A DNA stretch of 64,000 bases from contig CAZEQK010000003.1 of assembly GCA_964514395.1 (NCBI GenBank), forward strand, positions 12,344 to 76,343, read 5' to 3'. Shown one piece after another: positions 30,480 through 40,956 of the stretch (position 1 is its first letter; each line of letters opens with the position of its first letter). The translations under genes and the position numbers were made by a program. The notes under the pieces were generated by a model. It was not told where the DNA came from. It was given only the letters and a program-made list of their open reading frames with translations, and searched no databases. This stretch comes from an uncultured Bacillaceae bacterium (GTDB taxonomy: Bacteria; Bacillota; Bacilli; Tepidibacillales; Tepidibacillaceae).

Positions 30480-32474
30480 TTATGAGATTTTAGTACCATT
30501 TGGCATATCACCTGAAACGGTAGCTAATACGAGTCGGTCACCTTCTGAAGCAGCTAATATCATTCCATTGGATATCTCTCCCCTTAGCTTTACTGGCTTC
30601 AAATTAGTCACACAGATCACCTTTTGGCCAATCAATTCCTCCGGTTTATAATATTTTGCAATTCCTGAAACCACCTGTCTCTTTTCATATCCTAAATCCA
30701 ATTGAATCTTCAGTAGTTTATCAGCCTTTGGGATTTTTTCTGCATCAATAACCTGGGCTACTCGCAAGTCAGACTTAAAAAAGTCATCTATAGTGATTTC
30801 ATCTACATCAGATTTTCCTTGTGTTGACAGATTATATGTCTTTTCTTCTTTTTGTTTTGCACCTTCTGCTGCTTTTTTCCTAGCCTCTAATGTAGAATCA
30901 TCAATTGCTTTTATTTCAACTTCGATATCTAATCGTGGGAAAATAGCTTCTTTTTTAACTACCCTTACACCAGGTTTGGAAACATTCCAATTTTTCGCTA
31001 ATTCCCACCCTGTTAAATCGGGATGAATCCCTAATTGTTCTCTTATTTTTTCCGGGGTTTTTGGCATAAATGGTTGAATAAGTATCGATACAACCCGAAT
31101 GCTCTCGGCTAAATGATATAATACCGTGCCTAATCTACCTTTTTCTGATTCCTCCTTGGCTAAAATCCAAGGGGTCGTTTCATCAATATATTTATTTGTT
31201 CTACTGATTAATTGCCAAATTTGTGCTAATGCTTGACTAAATAACATCATATCTAAAGAATCTTCTACTTTGGTAGCTATCTCACTCGCTAATTTTTGAA
31301 GTTCATGATCGATGTCTGCTAAATGACTTGGCTGTGGCAAGACCCCATCAAAATATTTTTCAATCATCGCTGCAGTTCTACTAACTAAGTTGCCAAAATC
31401 ATTTGCTAAATCGACATTTAATCGTTGAATAAATACTTCTGGCGTAAAGACACCATCGGAACCAAAGGCTATTTCTCTTAGTAAGAAGTATCTTACACCG
31501 TCTGAACCATATCGATCAATTAAAAATTTTGGGTCAATAGCATTTCCCTTTGATTTTGACATTTTTCCATCTGGCATCAATACCCAGCCATGACCAAATA
31601 TCTGTTTTGGAAGCGGTAAGTCTAAAGCCATAAGAATAATTGGCCAATAAATGGTATGGAATCTTAATATATCTTTTCCTATTAAATGGACATCTGCAGG
31701 CCAATAACGTTCAAATTTTTCTTGTTCTATTGGATTATCGGATTGATAACCAATGGCAGTAATATAGTTTGCTAAAGCATCTATCCAAACATATATCACA
31801 TGCTTTGGATCATCGGGTATTTTTATGCCCCAATCAAAGGTAGTTCTTGAAATGGATAAATCCTCTAATCCAGGCTTTAAAAAATTATTGATCATCTCAT
31901 TCTTCCGAGATTCTGGCTGGATGAATGCTGGATGATCTTCAATATATTTAAGTAGCCTGTCTTGATATTTAGACATCTTGAAGAAATAGCTTTTTTCTTT
32001 CACCTTTTCTACAGATCTTCCACATTCTGGACATACATATCCATCATCTGTTTTTGCCTGTCTTTCAGTCCAAAATGCTTCATCTGGTAAACAATAATAA
32101 CCTTCATATTCCCCTAAATAGATATCACCATTTTCTTTTAGCTTGTTCACAATTATTTGAACGATTTTTTCATGTCTATGTTCTGTTGTACGGATAAAAT
32201 CATCATAAGTAATATCTAATTTAGCCCACAAATCTTTAATCCAATCGACAATTGGATCGATAAATTCTATAGGTGATAAACCCTCTTCTTCCGCTCTCTT
32301 TTGCAGCTTTTGCCCATGCTCATCCGTTCCCGTTAAATAAAAAACATCATAGCCACGAAGTCGCTTATATCTTGCCATCGTATCTGCTGCAACGGTTGTA
32401 TAAGCATTACCTATGTGTAATTTATTACTTGGATAATAGATTGGTGTTGAAATATAATACGTTTTTTTACTCAC
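30480..32474 (-). CDS. metG: Methionine--tRNA ligase with C-terminal EMAP/Trbp111-like tRNA-binding domain
   Basis: HIGNAYT (HIGH) and KMSKS motifs, a CPECG zinc knuckle, and a C-terminal DLRVAQV...SNGMILA domain. Confidence 0.96.
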   Translation of the reverse strand: MSKKTYYISTPIYYPSNKLHIGNAYTTVAADTMARYKRLRGYDVFYLTGTDEHGQKLQKRAEEEGLSPIEFIDPIVDWIKDLWAKLDITYDDFIRTTEHRHEKIVQIIVNKLKENGDIYLGEYEGYYCLPDEAFWTERQAKTDDGYVCPECGRSVEKVKEKSYFFKMSKYQDRLLKYIEDHPAFIQPESRKNEMINNFLKPGLEDLSISRTTFDWGIKIPDDPKHVIYVWIDALANYITAIGYQSDNPIEQEKFERYWPADVHLIGKDILRFHTIYWPIILMALDLPLPKQIFGHGWVLMPDGKMSKSKGNAIDPKFLIDRYGSDGVRYFLLREIAFGSDGVFTPEVFIQRLNVDLANDFGNLVSRTAAMIEKYFDGVLPQPSHLADIDHELQKLASEIATKVEDSLDMMLFSQALAQIWQLISRTNKYIDETTPWILAKEESEKGRLGTVLYHLAESIRVVSILIQPFMPKTPEKIREQLGIHPDLTGWELAKNWNVSKPGVRVVKKEAIFPRLDIEVEIKAIDDSTLEARKKAAEGAKQKEEKTYNLSTQGKSDVDEITIDDFFKSDLRVAQVIDAEKIPKADKLLKIQLDLGYEKRQVVSGIAKYYKPEELIGQKVICVTNLKPVKLRGEISNGMILAASEGDRLVLATVSGDMPNGTKIS

Positions 32475-32494
32475 ATAATCAGCTCCTTAAAAAT

Positions 32495-32750
32495 ATAAAA
32501 AACTCTCATCCATGTTGGGACGAGAGTTGACTCACGCGGTACCACCCAATTTCCTAAAAAGGCACTTGTAGTGTCAAAATGACATCCTTTAACGTAGATT
32601 AAACGTTATTCCCTTAAAAAGCTAAACAACACAGCTCTTCTCGAAAACAATATCTCCAGGACCATATTCATCCACTTTTACCTACTGGCTCCCACCAAAC
32701 CCAGCTCTCTTAAAAGTATCTTTGGATTACTCATCCCTTCACAGAACAAC
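32495..32750 (-). promoter_or_regulatory. T-box leader (Met specifier) controlling metG
   Basis: Minus strand has a GGATGAGTA K-turn, AGAGAG...GGTGGGAG stem I and specifier context GAAT-ATG-G. The T-box sequence AATTGGGTGGTACCGCG is the complement of 32535-32551. The terminator AACTCTCGTCCCA/GGATGAGAGTT plus T-run spans 32495-32529. Confidence 0.88.
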
Positions 32751-32791
32751 CATATTTTCTTTACATATAATTCTTACATTTTCTTTCCCAA

Positions 32792-32820
32792 AATATACAT
32801 AATTCTTAGCTTTCTGTCAA
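32792..32820 (-). promoter_or_regulatory. Sigma-A promoter of the metG T-box leader
   Basis: Minus strand reads TTGACA (32815-32820), a 17-nt spacer, then TATATT (32792-32797). Confidence 0.55.
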
Positions 32821-32858
32821 TATATTTTATAAAAGATGGCAAGTGTCTTTACATTAGT

Positions 32859-32896
32859 ATATATTTATTATATTGATATATATTTATTATATTGAT
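32859..32896. repeat. Perfect 19-bp tandem duplication (atatatttattatattgat x2) in the abrB upstream region
   Basis: Units at 32859-32877 and 32878-32896 are identical and are followed by a partial third unit, atata. Confidence 0.95.
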
Positions 32897-33062
32897 ATAT
32901 AAAGAAGGTAAACATCAATATTAACTTTTATAAATATATTAACTCCTATAGTATATAAAAACTTATAAACACATTAAAAATAACATGTACTTAAGTTTAG
33001 TAACATAATTTCCTAAATAAAAAAAATTAATTTAAATTTTTCCTTTTATATACAAAATAGTA

Positions 33063-33091
33063 TTGACTGATATGGGAATCACTGGTATTAT
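33063..33091 (+). promoter_or_regulatory. Sigma-A promoter of abrB
   Basis: TTGACT (33063-33068), a 17-nt spacer, then TATTAT (33086-33091), preceded by TGg (extended -10). Confidence 0.6.
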
Positions 33092-33107
33092 AAAAAAGTA
33101 AGAAAAA

Positions 33108-33124
33108 TGTCGAAAATTGACGAT
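33108..33124 (+). promoter_or_regulatory. Tandem Spo0A boxes downstream of the abrB promoter
   Basis: TGTCGAA (33108-33114, perfect 0A box), 3 nt, then TGACGAT (33118-33124). This is the same tandem arrangement and position as the B. subtilis abrB operator. Confidence 0.65.
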
Positions 33125-33162
33125 TGAAGGATAAGTACTAGGGGAGGGGAGGGGAAAAAAAT

Positions 33163-33408
33163 ATGTTAAAATCTACTGGTATTGTACGTAAAGTGGATGA
33201 ACTAGGAAGGGTCGTTATTCCTATTGAATTACGTCGAACTTTAGGAATTAGTGAAAAAGACGCTTTAGAAATATATGTTGATGGTGAGCGCATTATTCTG
33301 AAAAAGTATGAACCAGCATGCATTTTCTGTAGTAATGCTGAAAAAGTTACTCATTTTAAAGGAAAAATCATCTGCAGTGAGTGCCTAACTGAAATGCCAA
33401 AAGTTTAA
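33163..33408 (+). CDS. abrB: Transition-state regulator AbrB, variant with a CxxC...CxxC C-terminal tail
   Basis: The N-terminal 50 aa (KSTGIVRKVDELGRVVIPIELRRTLGISEKDALEIYVDGERIILKKY) are almost identical to AbrB. The C-terminus is CIFCSNAEKVTHFKGKIICSEC. Confidence 0.92.
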   Translation: MLKSTGIVRKVDELGRVVIPIELRRTLGISEKDALEIYVDGERIILKKYEPACIFCSNAEKVTHFKGKIICSECLTEMPKV

Positions 33409-33416
33409 ATATCATA

Positions 33417-33457
33417 TAAAAAAACAAAAGTCTATCACTTAGACTTTTGTTTTTTTA
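33417..33457. terminator. Bidirectional terminator between abrB and rsmI
   Basis: 11-bp stem acaaaagtcta / tagacttttgt with a 5-nt loop, an A-run on the left and a T-run on the right. Confidence 0.8.
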
Positions 33458-33460
33458 TGT

Positions 33461-34336
33461 TTATAAATGATGATATATTTGATAAACTTCTCTTTTTGAA
33501 ATCTTACGATCCATCGCTACTTCTTTTATTGCTTCCTTTGCCGTTTTTCCTTCCTCTAGATACATTTCGACATGCTCTGTTATTGTCATTCTTTCCCATA
33601 ATTCATCTTCGCTGGAGTTTTCTGTGTTTTCCTGTGACCCTTCTAATATGATGGTGATTTCTCCTTTGATTGTTTTTTCTTCAACAAAATCATTCATTTC
33701 TTCAACTGTTCCCCGGAGAAATTCTTCATGTAATTTGGTTAATTCTCTTATCATCACCATACGTCTATTACCTAATATTTCTAATAACACTTTTAGGTTT
33801 TTCTTCACTCGATGAGGTGCTTCATAGATAATAAGTGTTTCCTTAAAGTTTCTAATATCATTTAATCTTTGTTTCAGTTCCTTTTTATCTCTTGGTAAGA
33901 AGCCAATAAATGTGAAAGTTTCAGTTTGTAAGCCGGATGCAATTAATCCAGTTATTCCAGCATTTGCACCAGGTATCGGAATTACATTGATGTTATGATC
34001 TATTGCATCCATCACTAAATCTGTACCCGGATCAGAAATCGCAGGTAGACCTGCATCACTTACTAAGGCAATATTTAAACCTTTTTTTAGCATGGAAATT
34101 AATTCTTTACCACTTGTTTCTTTGTTATGCTCATGATAACTAATTAATCTTTTTTTTATTTGAAAGTGGTTCAATAATTTTATTGTTTGTCTTGTATCTT
34201 CTGCAGCAATAATATCAACTGACTGTAGTGTATTTATTGCTCTATAAGTGATATCCTCCAAATTCCCAATTGGAGTAGCTACTAAAAATAGCTTTCCATC
34301 ACTCTGGTCATTTTTATAACTTTTTTGAATCAACAT
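33461..34336 (-). CDS. rsmI: 16S rRNA 2'-O-ribose C1402 methyltransferase
   Basis: LFLVATPIGNLEDIT and DAGLPAISDPG tetrapyrrole-methylase-family motifs. Confidence 0.93.
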   Translation of the reverse strand: MLIQKSYKNDQSDGKLFLVATPIGNLEDITYRAINTLQSVDIIAAEDTRQTIKLLNHFQIKKRLISYHEHNKETSGKELISMLKKGLNIALVSDAGLPAISDPGTDLVMDAIDHNINVIPIPGANAGITGLIASGLQTETFTFIGFLPRDKKELKQRLNDIRNFKETLIIYEAPHRVKKNLKVLLEILGNRRMVMIRELTKLHEEFLRGTVEEMNDFVEEKTIKGEITIILEGSQENTENSSEDELWERMTITEHVEMYLEEGKTAKEAIKEVAMDRKISKREVYQIYHHL

Positions 34337-34604
34337 CTATATCACCTTCTTTTATTAATGCTTCTTTTTGCATCTTTGTAAGCTTCTTGATCTCTATCTC
34401 TCTTTTTAACGCATTTGATTTATTCTCACATTTTTCAAGATAGACTAATTCGACTGGTAGTCTCCCTCTTGTATACTTAGCGCCCTTCCCTTGTCGGTGC
34501 TTTACCAGTCTATTTTCTATATTATTTGTTGAACCTGTATACAAAGTTCCATCCTTACATTTTAACATATAGGTGTAGTAATCATTAATCGTTATCATCC
34601 CCAT
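34314..34604 (-). CDS. yazA: GIY-YIG domain protein (YazA-like)
   Basis: YYTYMLKCKDGTLYTGSTNNIENRLVKH...GAKYTR GIY-YIG motif. AGGA lies 7 nt before the ATG at 34604, so the track N-terminal extension is rejected. The gene overlaps both neighbours. Confidence 0.85.
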   Translation of the reverse strand: MGMITINDYYTYMLKCKDGTLYTGSTNNIENRLVKHRQGKGAKYTRGRLPVELVYLEKCENKSNALKREIEIKKLTKMQKEALIKEGDIDVDSKKL

Positions 34605-35328
34605 AATAAATCCTATAAATTTCTTCTGTGTATTTCCCGTCTGTTTGATATACGATGATTGGAGCCAATACATGCAGCTCCTTCCCACCTCTTTTTTTTC
34701 CTTCAATTAATACCATATTTGCTTCTTTATTCACTTGAGGATGTACAAATCTTATTCTTTTAGGCTCAATTTTTGCCTCTCTAAAAAGTTGCATAATATC
34801 CGGTAATCTCGAAGCACGGTGAACCATAGCCAATCGCCCACCCACCTTTAATAATTTCTCACTTGTTGTAATGACTTCTGCAAGGTTTGTATGTATTTCA
34901 TGTCTAGCAATAGCGATATGTTCATTTATATTTTTATCCTGCCCTGTTAATGGTAGGTAAGGAGGATTAATCGTAATGAGATCAAATGTTCCATGTCCTA
35001 ATAATGCTGGAGAATCCTTCAAATCCCCGTTAATTATTTCTATTTGTTTTTTTAAATTATTCATCTCTACGCTTCTAAATGCCATATCTGCTAATCTTTC
35101 CTGTATTTCTACTCCATAGATCATTGCCTTGGTTTTGATTGAAATTAATAACGGAATAACTCCATTGCCACTACAAAGATCCACTATGTTCCCAGATCCT
35201 GGTATAGTAGCAAAGTGCGCTAGCAAAACAGCATCCATCGAAAATGAAAAAACCTCTTTGCTTTGAATAATTTTTAAATCATTTGTTAATAAATCATCAA
35301 TTCTTTCATCTCTCATTAATTTGTTCAT
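34585..35328 (-). CDS. yabB: tRNA1(Val) (adenine37-N6)-methyltransferase-like SAM methyltransferase (YabB)
   Basis: DLCSGNGVIPLL SAM motif and the NPPY motif (ITINPPYL). Confidence 0.88.
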   Translation of the reverse strand: MNKLMRDERIDDLLTNDLKIIQSKEVFSFSMDAVLLAHFATIPGSGNIVDLCSGNGVIPLLISIKTKAMIYGVEIQERLADMAFRSVEMNNLKKQIEIINGDLKDSPALLGHGTFDLITINPPYLPLTGQDKNINEHIAIARHEIHTNLAEVITTSEKLLKVGGRLAMVHRASRLPDIMQLFREAKIEPKRIRFVHPQVNKEANMVLIEGKKRGGKELHVLAPIIVYQTDGKYTEEIYRIYYGDDND

Positions 35329-35404
35329 GTAAATCCACCTTTTTCGTATAAAAACGACACTTCCATAAGAAGCGTCGTATTTTTTAGATGCTATTACTTA
35401 TTCA

Positions 35405-35764
35405 TTATTTATTTAAAAATGATAAGCAAAATAAACAATCTCCTTCTGTTCTTAAACTTCCATAATGTAAATTACACACATGAAATCCTTCCTGATATAA
35501 GCGGGCAAGGTTATCATAGCCTTCCCCTACCATTTTTTCCTCATTTGGCCCATTATTATCCGATTTTTCTTCTTTTTCTATAGGTATATTTTCACCATAT
35601 AGTCTATTCCTAAGTTTTTCATTCTCTATTCGTAAATGTTGATTTTCTTCTAATAGGGTGATGATTTGTTGTTTCAAGTAACCAAGCTCTTGATATAATT
35701 GGCCAATATTTTCTTCAATATCAGTAACTTGTGAAAAAATCTCTTTTTTTTCCACATTGCTCAC
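35405..35764 (-). CDS. yabA: DNA replication initiation control protein YabA
   Basis: N-terminal coiled coil with a C-terminal zinc motif (HVCNLHYG...CLFCL). Confidence 0.92.
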   Translation of the reverse strand: MSNVEKKEIFSQVTDIEENIGQLYQELGYLKQQIITLLEENQHLRIENEKLRNRLYGENIPIEKEEKSDNNGPNEEKMVGEGYDNLARLYQEGFHVCNLHYGSLRTEGDCLFCLSFLNK

Positions 35765-35772
35765 CCCAATAG

Positions 35773-36585
35773 CTAAAATTCAAATTCACCTTCTACAACG
35801 TCGTCAAGTGGTAATGTTTCAACAGCTTGGGTTTCATATAATTCAACTTGAACCTTTCGTTCCAAAATATTTAGTCCAGTTACTAAACCTAGTCCAAAAG
35901 GTGTCATCACCCTATCTCCTATATCAGGCAACTCTTCTTTGCCACTCTCGTAATTGTCATTTTCGAATTTCAAACAACACATAAGCCTACCACATAAGCC
36001 GGAAATTTTGGTAGGATTCAAGGATAAGTTTTGGTCCTTCGCCATTTTTATGGAAACAGGTTCAAAATCACCTAGAAATGATGAGCAGCAAAGAATTCGT
36101 CCACAGGGACCTAATCCTCCAAGCATTTTAGCTTCATCTCGTACACCAATTTGCCTTAGCTCTATTCTTGTCCTAAAAACGGCTGCCAAATCTTTTACCA
36201 ATTCACGAAAATCTACTCTGCCATCTGCTGTAAAATAAAATATAATTTTATTTCGATCAAAGGTGTATTCCACATCAACTAATTTCATATCTAATTGATG
36301 GTCCTCTATTTTCTCATTACAGACTTTGAAGGCTTCCTTTGCATCTTCTTTGTTTTTTACAACAAATACAGCATCTTCGTCATTAGCAACTCTAATCACC
36401 TTTTTCAAAGGTAAAACGACATCATCATCACCAACCGTTTTCTTACCGATAACGACTTGGCCATATTCAATGCCTCTAGCAGTTTCTACAATGACGTATT
36501 GGCCTTTCTCTATATTTATTAATTCAGGGTCAAAATAATATATTTTACCAGCTTTCTTAAATCGAACTCCAACTACCTGGTACAC
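35773..36585 (-). CDS. ricT: PSP1-domain protein RicT (YaaT)
   Basis: [17 protein letters not shown] start and the cysteine cluster [13 protein letters not shown]...[10 protein letters not shown]. Confidence 0.93.
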   Translation of the reverse strand: MYQVVGVRFKKAGKIYYFDPELINIEKGQYVIVETARGIEYGQVVIGKKTVGDDDVVLPLKKVIRVANDEDAVFVVKNKEDAKEAFKVCNEKIEDHQLDMKLVDVEYTFDRNKIIFYFTADGRVDFRELVKDLAAVFRTRIELRQIGVRDEAKMLGGLGPCGRILCCSSFLGDFEPVSIKMAKDQNLSLNPTKISGLCGRLMCCLKFENDNYESGKEELPDIGDRVMTPFGLGLVTGLNILERKVQVELYETQAVETLPLDDVVEGEFEF

Positions 36586-36591
36586 AAAAAG

Positions 36592-37569
36592 TCATCCCTC
36601 CCAAAGAGTTAAAACCATGTGTTCTAAAGCAAGCTGTACATTCATATAGGATGCTATCTTTTGCTTTACCGAAAGTATACTTTCTATAGCATTTAAGATT
36701 TTTTCTTCTGTTATATGATTCGCCTGCTTGTTTAAAACGTCCAAATACTCTTTATATATGATAAATGATTCTCTTTTAAGCTTTATATTAAGCATATCCT
36801 TAAACCATACCATTAGTAAATCGAGAAAATGTGGTAAGTGCTCCTTCAGATATTCATCTCTGATTATTGTTTCATTGATTGCTAAAAGAGCCTGATATTT
36901 TTCTAAGATAATATCCTCGCTCCATTGTATCACTAGATTTCTCATTTTTGCAAACTTTTCAGATATTAAAATATCCTTTACTTCATCAATATTTTCAGTC
37001 AAAGAAGAAGCAATAAGTATATCACTTTCTTTATACTCATTACTGAGAATTTTAACCATGTTTTTTGAACCTAAAGGTGCAAGATTTATCGTTTGACATC
37101 TTGATCTAATGGTAGATAATAATTGATGCTTATTTTCTACAAGTAAAATGACAACTGCATGAGAGCTAGGCTCTTCTAAAAATTTCAAAAGACTATTAGC
37201 TGCTTGAATGGTCATTAATTCAGCTTGATTGATAATAAATACTTTATAGGCTGAACCGACTACCTTAAAATGGGCATCCTTTTGTAATTGTCGGATTTGC
37301 TCTATTTTAATAGAACTACCTTCTGGCCTTACTAAAACAACATCTTGGTAATTATTGTGTTCTATTCTTCTACAATTTTGACATGTATCACATGCATCAC
37401 CACTATCAGAACTACAGTTCAATGCCTTAGCATATTCGATAGCCATTTTATATTTTCCAACACCTTTTGCACCTTGGAAAATGTATGCATGAGAAACTCG
37501 GTTATTTTTAATTTTTCTTTCTAATAATTCTGCAATATTTTCCTGACCTAGAACGTGATACAAAGACAT
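36592..37569 (-). CDS. holB: DNA polymerase III delta-prime subunit
   Basis: HAYIFQGAKGVGK, CDTCQNCRR zinc module, SRCQ sensor motif. Confidence 0.92.
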   Translation of the reverse strand: MSLYHVLGQENIAELLERKIKNNRVSHAYIFQGAKGVGKYKMAIEYAKALNCSSDSGDACDTCQNCRRIEHNNYQDVVLVRPEGSSIKIEQIRQLQKDAHFKVVGSAYKVFIINQAELMTIQAANSLLKFLEEPSSHAVVILLVENKHQLLSTIRSRCQTINLAPLGSKNMVKILSNEYKESDILIASSLTENIDEVKDILISEKFAKMRNLVIQWSEDIILEKYQALLAINETIIRDEYLKEHLPHFLDLLMVWFKDMLNIKLKRESFIIYKEYLDVLNKQANHITEEKILNAIESILSVKQKIASYMNVQLALEHMVLTLWEG

Positions 37570-37596
37570 CTATTTCATCCTAACTATGTCATATAA

Positions 37597-38043
37597 TTAA
37601 AAATATAGGTTTACAAGCATTCCTCTTATTTCGCCAATTTGATCTAAGATATTAATTTGTTTATTTTCTTTTTTAAGGGCATCATCTGTTAGCTCTAATA
37701 ATTTCTTATCAATTGCTTTTAGGATTTTATATTTTTTTGTTCTGCCTAAATGGTCATAACTAGATTGATTTTCTAACAGAATTGCCATTTTTATTGCTTC
37801 TTCTAAAAATTTTCTAACTAAAGCTTTATATGCCTTTAATTCCCTAATATTTTTTGATACTCCTAATTTTTTTCCCTGTTCGTCAATCTCATCAAGCATT
37901 TTATCTAATAATTCTCTAGAGTATTGTCTTTCTTTTTCTTGCATAAAATCCGAAAAATTATGATTCATACTAGAATGATCAAGGTTGATACGATTATTAG
38001 GCTTATATTTTGATGTTCGTTGAAGCCCTTGGTTTATCTTCAT
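37597..38043 (-). CDS. yaaR: DUF327 protein (YaaR-like)
   Basis: 148 aa at the conserved position between holB and yaaQ, ending ILDQIGEIRGMLVNLY. Confidence 0.8.
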   Translation of the reverse strand: MKINQGLQRTSKYKPNNRINLDHSSMNHNFSDFMQEKERQYSRELLDKMLDEIDEQGKKLGVSKNIRELKAYKALVRKFLEEAIKMAILLENQSSYDHLGRTKKYKILKAIDKKLLELTDDALKKENKQINILDQIGEIRGMLVNLYF

Positions 38044-38054
38044 GGCTTTTCCCC

Positions 38055-39043
<989 letters not shown>

Positions 39044-39074
39044 AATGTATCCTCCAATAATAAGTATATGTTAT

Positions 39075-40538
39075 TTACTCAAGAGTTTTTATACTATTTA
39101 GATCTTTATCATGTGTTCCCTGAAACCTTACTCCTTTATCTTTCAATAAGAGTAAGTAATTAATTGCTTCCTTTGTTATTTCCTCTCCTAGATGAATAAT
39201 TGGTATCCCAGGAGGGTAAGGGATAATCATTTCAGCAGCAATTTTTCCAATCGTAAGATGAAGAGGCGTGGATATCTTCTTCCCATATAATACTTTCTCC
39301 AAGGATACCTTACTTTCCTTGGACTGAAATGTATAATAACTTTTATCAATCGGTGGGACCACATCTTTAATCTCTGGTTTTTTTGATTCTAATAATCTCG
39401 TTATATCATCGTCTAAATCAATCATTGCTTTATATAATACTTCGATATCTTTTGATGAAGTTCCTTGTGTCACAATTAATAATGTGTTATTTATATCTGA
39501 CAGCTCGACAAAAATATCTTTTTTCTCAAAATATTTTTGTAGGTAGAATCCTGAAATATGATCATTCTTACTATGAATAATGATTTTTAACGGATCTAAT
39601 ACATATTTTTTATCTACTTGTGAATAGATAAGGATATTTTTAAAATGATTTGACCCTTTATGTAGCCATTTTATCATATTTAGCTGTTCATCCCATAAAC
39701 GACTTCCTTCTTCTTCTAGTATTTGTCTTGCCAAATCTAATGATGCCATGATTGGATAGGAAGGACTAGACGTTTGGACCATTGAGAGAAATAGCTTTAA
39801 TCTATCTATATCTACATAATCTCCTTGAACATGGAGCATAGACCCCATTGTCATCGATGTCAATGTTTTATGAGTAGATTGCACTACCAAGTCTGCTCCC
39901 AGCTGGATAGCTGATTTAGGGAAATCTGGGTGGAAGCCGAAATGTGCACCATGAGCCTCATCCACTAATAAAGGGATGTTAAAGTGATGTACCAGTTGAA
40001 TGATTTCTATTAATTCAATTCCAATTCCATAATAATTAGGGTTTGTAATAAAAACCGCTTTCGCGTCGGGGTGGTTTATTAACACTTCCTTTAAATTGCT
40101 CTTGTGGATGGAACCTGGGATTTGGAGTGTTGAAATAATATCTGGAGTAATATAAATTGGTTTTGCCCTAGCCAACATAAGCGCATTAATCACTGATTTA
40201 TGAACATTTCTTTGTACAATAATTTTATCTCCTGGCTCACAAGTTGCTAATATCATCGCTAGATTTCCTGACGTACTTCCATTAACTAAGAAAAAGGTTT
40301 GCTTTGATTGAAATAACCATGCTGCTTTTTCCTGAGCGGCTAGTATTACTCCTTCAGGCTGATGTAAATCATCAAGTCCAGAAATTTCAGTCATATCGAT
40401 TTTCAATATTTCTCTATAAATATCTGAACCGATTGGGTTAAAACCTCTACCCATTTTATGTCCTGGAACATGGAAAGAGACAGGGTTTTTATGATAATGA
40501 TCCATTAATTGTTGAAAAAGTGGTGCTTTTATCTTCAT
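39075..40538 (-). CDS. yaaO: Orn/Lys/Arg decarboxylase-family PLP enzyme (YaaO-like)
   Basis: Fold-I PLP enzyme with the QSTHKTL lysine motif, 487 aa. Conserved position upstream of tmk. Confidence 0.88.
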   Translation of the reverse strand: MKIKAPLFQQLMDHYHKNPVSFHVPGHKMGRGFNPIGSDIYREILKIDMTEISGLDDLHQPEGVILAAQEKAAWLFQSKQTFFLVNGSTSGNLAMILATCEPGDKIIVQRNVHKSVINALMLARAKPIYITPDIISTLQIPGSIHKSNLKEVLINHPDAKAVFITNPNYYGIGIELIEIIQLVHHFNIPLLVDEAHGAHFGFHPDFPKSAIQLGADLVVQSTHKTLTSMTMGSMLHVQGDYVDIDRLKLFLSMVQTSSPSYPIMASLDLARQILEEEGSRLWDEQLNMIKWLHKGSNHFKNILIYSQVDKKYVLDPLKIIIHSKNDHISGFYLQKYFEKKDIFVELSDINNTLLIVTQGTSSKDIEVLYKAMIDLDDDITRLLESKKPEIKDVVPPIDKSYYTFQSKESKVSLEKVLYGKKISTPLHLTIGKIAAEMIIPYPPGIPIIHLGEEITKEAINYLLLLKDKGVRFQGTHDKDLNSIKTLE

Positions 40539-40656
40539 ATTACACCTCTTCTTATAAATGTTACTATATATATTAGTCTATATTCATGAATAAATAAAGC
40601 AGACATATTTTAAGGCCACTCAACATTTCGTTGGTCTTTTAAATTTACGTTTACAA

Positions 40657-40698
40657 ACAGAAAAATAGCACTCATTTCTTTAATCAGCGGAGTGCTAT
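40657..40698 (-). terminator. Intrinsic terminator after csfB
   Basis: Minus strand has a 9-bp stem ATAGCACTC / GAGTGCTAT followed by TTTTTCTGTTT. Confidence 0.7.
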
Positions 40699-40713
40699 TT
40701 AAATCCTACAATA

Positions 40714-40905
40714 TTATGCATTTTTAGGCCATATTTTTTTTAACCTTCTTACAAAGAATGGATACTTCTCATCCTCTACTTCAGTATGAACTATTTCATA
40801 CTCACAATCATCACATATAAAGCCACTATTTATTATGATTCCTGTTATTTTATCTTCTCCACACATAATACACATTTTCTTCTCTTTCTTTTTATAAAAA
40901 AACAT
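40714..40905 (-). CDS. csfB: Anti-sigma-G factor CsfB/Gin (small zinc protein)
   Basis: CIMCGE...FICDDCE cysteine pairs and a FFVRRLKKIW tail. The start may be the internal MCIMCG methionine. Confidence 0.8.
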   Translation of the reverse strand: MFFYKKKEKKMCIMCGEDKITGIIINSGFICDDCEYEIVHTEVEDEKYPFFVRRLKKIWPKNA

Positions 40906-40956
40906 CTAGCTTTGCCCTCTCCTTTTTTAGAATAAATAGTCTGTTTATTATTACCA

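Noticed and set aside
34605-34706. N-terminal 34-codon extension of the GIY-YIG ORF in the track
   Set aside because: The extension lies inside the yabB coding region. The GIY-YIG domain begins right after the ATG at 34604, which has an AGGA Shine-Dalgarno.
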